The notes below the pieces were generated by a model. The model ran no database searches. It worked only from the letters and a program-made list of their open reading frames with translations, and had not been told where the DNA came from. Positions 58,865-64,000 of a DNA stretch of 64,000 nt are shown piece after piece. This DNA comes from Penicillus capitatus (lineage: Eukaryota > Plantae > Chlorophyta). Made by a program: the position numbers and the translations under genes. Location: NCBI GenBank assembly GCA_965649825.1, contig OZ287697.1, positions 893,635 to 957,634 of the forward strand, written 5' to 3'. The first letter of the stretch is position 1, and the number at the start of each line of letters is the position of its first letter.

Positions 58865-60770
58865 ATGATGAGCGCGACCCCGTGCGAAGACGCCTCGCGC
58901 AGCAGAAGCCTCGAGGAGCGCTTCGAGGAGAGCTACCAGGAGTCGCGTGCCGTCTTCGAGAAAACCCGTGCGTCGCAGGCCGCTGCCGAACTCAGACGCA
59001 ACCGACAGTCGCTGGAGGCCGCGCTCGCTCCGCTCCGTCTCCTGCAGTCGGACAGGGTCGCGTCCGAGGCGACCGACGTCGAGACGGACACCCTCGCCCA
59101 CGAGCGACCGCGACGCAAGCGAAGGCAGAAGGGGCCATCCGAACGACTCGAGGCGGGAAGGAGCATCGGGGTCAGGCTCGACAGCCTTTCATCCGACGCG
59201 CCTCAGTACCGCAAGGCGCGCATCCTGCCTGCTGGTCAGACCATTCCGGTCTACACCAGCTGGAGTTTCGTGTCGGCCAATCAGCAGCAGCGGAAGGTGC
59301 ACAACCACAAGCGCCTCTTCTACACCGACGACGACACGGGCGAGACGCTGCCGGCGAGCGAAGACGAAGACGAGGTGCAGTCGGAGAGCCATCGCCGATG
59401 GGACTCCAGAGACGTCGAGTGGAGGGAGTTCTGCCTGGCCCGATTGCGGGAGGAGGGATGGGAGGCGGCGACGTTCGTCCCTCTGCTCTCGGAGAGGCTC
59501 GGCGTCGAGACGTCTTCGCTGGAGGAGAGGCTCCGTCGGGAGAGTGCTCCGCGGCCGGCGCAGGACGCCGTCGTGCAGCTCTGTCGGAGGTGTGTGCGCT
59601 ACAACTGCTCGCTGCATCCGGAATCGAACGTCCTGCCGGCACTGCAGCCGCCGCCGCCGCGTGCCGAGGCGCCCGAACAGCCATGCGGTCCCAGGTGCTA
59701 CCTGAACGACGCCGTGGAGACGTCGACGCTGTGGGGAGAGGGAGGCTGGGACAGCGACGAGATCGACCTTCTGGAGAAGGTGAGCGTCGACGGGCGTTTC
59801 ATTCGAGGAGAGATCGTGTGAAGGGACTGGATGTCTACGGCGAGCGTCCGTGCGAGCTGCAGAAGTTCGTCTTCACGAAGACCTGCTCGCAGATCCGGCG
59901 ACACTTGCAGAGACATCCCGGACTGGGGACAAAACGCATGGCGAGTCTGCCGAGGAGACGCAGGGTGTCGAAGAAGGTCTCGGTCGGGTGCCGAAAGGGC
60001 GCGCCTGTCGTGGCCAAGCGTCTGCGTCACCAGGAGTCCGAGCTCTGGCACCAGTACCTGCCCTGCGCCTGCCGCGCCAACTGCTCAGCGACCTGCCCCT
60101 GCGTCAAGTCCAAGAACTTCTGCGACAAGTACTGCGCCTGCTGGAACGGACACCGGACGTTCAAGAGAGTGTGCGGCAATGCCTGGAAAGGCTGCAAGTG
60201 CGTGCAGCGCTGCGAGACGCAACGGTGTCCGTGCGTGGCGGCGTCGAGGGAATGCGATCCAGACGTGTGCGTCTCGTGCCGTTCCGACGGGACGTCCTGC
60301 TGCCGCAACATGAGCATTCGGATGCGACGGAACAAGCGAGTGGCGATGGGGCTGTCCGAGATCGTCGGATGGGGAACGTTCATGCTCGAGAGCGTCAAAA
60401 AGGACGAGCTCATCGGTAAGCACGCCAATCGGAGAGAGGGGACGAGACAGTGGACTGCCTAGGCGAGTACACGGGCGAGCTGATCAGCGACGAAGAGGCT
60501 GAGAGAAGGGGGAGGGTCTACGACATCGAGGACCGATCCTATCTCTTCAGTGCGACGGCCGAGACGGTGATCGATGCAAATCATCGAGGAAACACGCTGC
60601 GCTTTGCCAATCACTCTTCGGAGCCCAATTGCTATGTTAAGTACCTGCTGGTTGACGGAGACTATCGCGTGGGTATCTTTGCCGGGAGGGACATCCGAGC
60701 CGGAGAGGAGCTCCTTTACGATTACGGGAGCTCTTTTCTGTCTCACTGGAACACGGAAAGAGGGACTTAA
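58865..60770 (+). CDS. EZH: Enhancer of zeste / CURLY LEAF-like H3K27 methyltransferase (PRC2 catalytic subunit), 3 exons
   Basis: IPVYTSWSFV, LCRRCVRYNCSLH, CXC domain (PCACRANCSATCPC...CPCVAASRECDPDVC), SET GEYTGELIS...RFANHSSEPNC...GEELLYDY. Confidence 0.97.
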
Positions 60771-60872
60771 AGAATGATCGCGTCGAGCTAACTGTCGCGA
60801 ACAGCTTTGCCATTACCTACATCTGGCACATGTAGAAGCATTACTGATTGTTTTCCGTCAGAGCAATTTGAA

Positions 60873-62848
60873 ATGTCTTTGCTTGCGCGATTCGGCCTAG
60901 GAAGGAAGGTGATTGGCACGTGCGTCGTCGTTTTCATTATTATCTTCCTGGCGTCCATCACCCTGTTGCCAAGCAGTACTCTGTTCATTGACGGGAAATC
61001 CTCGGTGAAAATCGTTTGGACGGGTACAGGTCCCACAGCAAGGTATCAAGAGACGGCGTTTATTCGACACATTGGGGCGTTTAAAGTCTTGACGGAAAAC
61101 AGGAACATTTCGAATCGGTTAAACAAACCTAAAATCGAAAACTTGCGGGACAACAAAACTCAAGAAAGCCTAATAACCGGGACATCTTCTGACGTGCTCA
61201 GGACGGCTGCGAGAGGATATGGAACGACACAGAATGGCTTGAATGGCTTCATAAAGGTGCCTATGAACGCCATCATGTTTATCGAAACTCGACAGTTGTT
61301 GAGAAATATGCATGTATAGACTGCAGAGGGAGTAAAAGTGGAAAATTTGACCCGCAGAGAGAACACATTTGTCAGTGGCGCAAATTCGACACCAGCATCG
61401 TTTCATCTTTTTTCTCCAGAATCAATCCACCGGGCAAATGATGAAATCTGTGCCCAATGCCCAGACAGTGACTGCAATCTCGGATGCCAGAAGTACCAGG
61501 AGTTGCTGAGTCACCTAAATGGGACGAGCGTCGAGAGTGGAGATGCCCGACTCCATGTCATTCCTGTGGATCCCTTGTCGTGGTTTCGCAAGACAGAGGG
61601 AAATACGACACAGTACCGAGCACTGCTTACAGAGATGGCCAGATCGGTCAAGTCTGCTTACGCGTACCGCACGTTCAAGGGATCCGATCACGTCTTCGTC
61701 TGTCTGGACGGTGATGGATGCGTGGAGTTTGCTAATGATCTGTCCAAGACGCTGACGGAAGGGTTGGGATCGAGGGCCATCTTTGCCGCAAAGGGTGCTC
61801 GTGGCAGCAGCAGCCTTCAATGGCCATGTCCTCTGAGGGTCATCGACTTGGACAGAGAGGGTGTCGATGATGTGACGGCTGATGTGGATCATATTGTTCA
61901 ACGAGCAAGTATCATGATCGACCGGCGAAATCGCTGGATCTGTGCCGACAAAGATCACCCTGCTGTGCACTGGGAAAGAATGATGAAGGAAAAAGCCAAT
62001 GGAGTCATCATGAAACAGTAAACAAGCACAATTGCATATCTGCTTTCGATGGAGATTCTGTGCAGATATGGCTTTGTTATATGCTCCATACCCAAGAGCG
62101 GGTGCACGATGACAAGAGTCCTCATGCATAAAATGAGCGGGCACAAGGACTGGAATAACACCCGAAATGCGGAATTTGGATTGCATTACTTCAGATCCCT
62201 TGAACAAGATGAGAAAACGGTAGGTCGTACACAAGACCCAATTTGACAAGCAGAAGATCTGTATCTTTCTTCTAGGCTTTCCTGAAAAACGCGAGTTTCG
62301 TCAGGGCAGCGATTGTCCGTCACCCAATTTCACGCTTGCTGTCAGGTTATCTCGACAAGATTCGCGATAGGAGCGAATATGGCAGAGTCCCAGGGGTACA
62401 GGCCTGTATGAAAGGCTGGGAAATAAAAGTGTCGCCTTTCCACAAATTCGTACACTGTCTCACCAAGCTGCATCCGAATCCGGACAAACTCGACTTCCAC
62501 TTCCGAATCCAATCAGCTTTCTGCAATTTCCGACGCTCCGAGCTTGACTTCGTTGGCAAGCAAGGCCATCTTCTGCCAGAGATGAAAGAATTTGGAATGT
62601 CCCTCAACTTCTGGGAAGAATACGGCGCCGATGGATGGGGAGATGGACACCATGCATTCGGTGAAAAGTCTTACCAGACACGGACCCATGACTCAGCAAA
62701 TCAAATCTGGCAGTACTACACTGAAGATCTGATGATGAAAGCCTATCACTACTACAAAGAGGACTTCGATCGATTTGGATTTACCGTAGAGGAGATTCTG
62801 GCCACGAAGCCAAAAAAGACTGCAATGAACAATTCGATCAGCTTGTAA
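60873..62848 (+). CDS. Type II membrane protein: exostosin (GT47)-like N-half fused to a Sulfotransfer_2 carbohydrate sulfotransferase
   Basis: TM VIGTCVVVFIIIFLASITLL. GT47-like ARLHVIPVD...GSDHVFVC. 5'-PSB-like ICSIPKSGCT, 3'-PB-like IVRHPISRLLSGYLDK, DFHFRIQS, YKEDFDRFGF. Introns at 61257-61319 and near 62019 and 62222. Confidence 0.85.
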
Positions 62849-62962
62849 ACTTGTATTGATGTGCTACATCTTCCTAGTAGAGTCCTGCTAAGCAAGGGGC
62901 GTATCGTCCAATGTCGCGCAGATGATGATGTCGACAGAAAAAAACCGTGGTTCAACAAAGAG

Positions 62963-64000
62963 CTAGAAGTGGAACTCCGCGACGGCAGATTTCTGCGTTT
63001 GCACACGACTGGTATACAATCTGGGAACATAGAAAGCCTGCTTTTTCTACACGAGCCTTGCTTCCCGTTCGTACTTCCAAGTGTGTGCACCTGATCCTCG
63101 TCCTTCGACAGGTTCTTGCGGCCTTGTCCGTGATCCAAAAGAATCACAACACGTGAGGACTGGGGTCCAATTCATTTCCAAAGTCGGACAGTTCTCTTTC
63201 ATACTGTTCCCCATCGGAATGACTTTTTGAGGTTATCGTCTTTGAGCTTCAAAGACCTACAAGCTTAGAGTGCACATAATATGAAAAACCAGGTGTCCGG
63301 CCTTCCTTGTGCAGGTGGAACGTAACAGCGCACTTGGGACATTCTCTTCTTCGGATCCTTGTTCAATTGACTTCTTCTCAGCGGACCTTTTTCGAAGACA
63401 ATCTCTCGCCCGGTAAAAGGTGTGTTATTAGCTAATGATGCTGTTTTAAAGGCCTTTCCTTTACGTATCATAAAAACGACACAGGGTCAACGTCATGGCC
63501 ACACGAAGAGTGGATGTTTGCTGGCTGCTCTGTCGTTCTCCTGTAGAACAGCGCAGCGACTCTCTCCTACAAGAAACGCGCCGGCATAGGAATCCGTGTT
63601 TATCAAAAGGGATCGAATGGTGGCGGCAGACTGAACAAACAGGTGAATGCGACAAGAACGGACTGACCGACTGCCAACAGCGTGCAAAACATGTTCAGGA
63701 GAAATTGCGAACGCGTTTCTTCGAAGAGCGCCCGTCGCATACTCAAGAATTGTCGATCCGGCCGACAGCACTGATTGTGCAGTATACCGCCGTCATTTTC
63801 AGATGTTCTCGCTGATAGATTTAGAACGCGAACGACGAGCAGACAGCATGGATCTCATCAGATTTGCTTTCCGTCCTCGGACAGTATTCCGTGAACTGTT
63901 TGTTTGGTCCATACGTGAGGGTGACGAAGTCCAGCGCTCTGTCAGTATCAGTATCCTTGAACATGACGTCGACCGAGATTGGACGATGCAGTACAACGAT
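62963..64000 (-). CDS. Partial multi-exon hypothetical gene running off the window edge
   Basis: Minus-strand exons joined by 44-45 nt GT-AG introns give ...KSFRWGT|SSRVVILLDHGQG...EDQ|KKQAFYVPRLY...EFHF*. The upstream part and even the strand near 63500-64000 are uncertain. Confidence 0.35.

Noticed and set aside
58882-60462. 526-aa plus-strand ORF overlapping E(z)
   Set aside because: Its first part is an off-frame GC-rich shadow of E(z) exon 1 and its last part is simply E(z) exon 2. Not a separate gene.

Overview
Eukaryotic nuclear DNA read with the standard genetic code. It is very compact, with many ~40-65 nt GT-AG introns. Gene content and style point to a green alga (Chlorophyta). 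A siphonous ulvophyte (Bryopsidales-like) is my best guess, by inference only. Housekeeping genes identified from conserved motifs: retinoblastoma-related (RBR), ATXR3/SDG2 H3K4 methyltransferase, PWP2, a small CMC2 gene absent from the ORF track, proteasome alpha-2, an LRR protein, APC4, an ankyrin protein, a KDM5-type JmjC demethylase, a sterol desaturase-family gene, a KNS3/At4g16180-family membrane protein, a TAF5-like gene, an MBOAT acyltransferase, E(z), and a GT47-like/sulfotransferase fusion. Accessory content: three paralogous secreted seven-bladed PLL-like beta-propeller lectins and a secreted ankyrin protein. The first ~13.5 kb also holds decayed relics (gag zinc knuckle, beta-helix repeat, multi-TM and Roco-like pseudogenes). 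The most striking observation is that several genes have almost no intergenic DNA. The ATXR3 stop is 22 nt from the RBR ATG. The desaturase stop is 4 nt from the ATG of an unannotated multi-exon gene. The divergent ATXR3 and PWP2 start codons are 5-29 nt apart. This suggests polycistronic, reinitiation-based or overlapping-transcript expression. A conserved non-coding element with a perfect 16-bp palindrome occurs twice. All homologies come from motif recognition, not database searches, and exon boundaries were deduced by hand.
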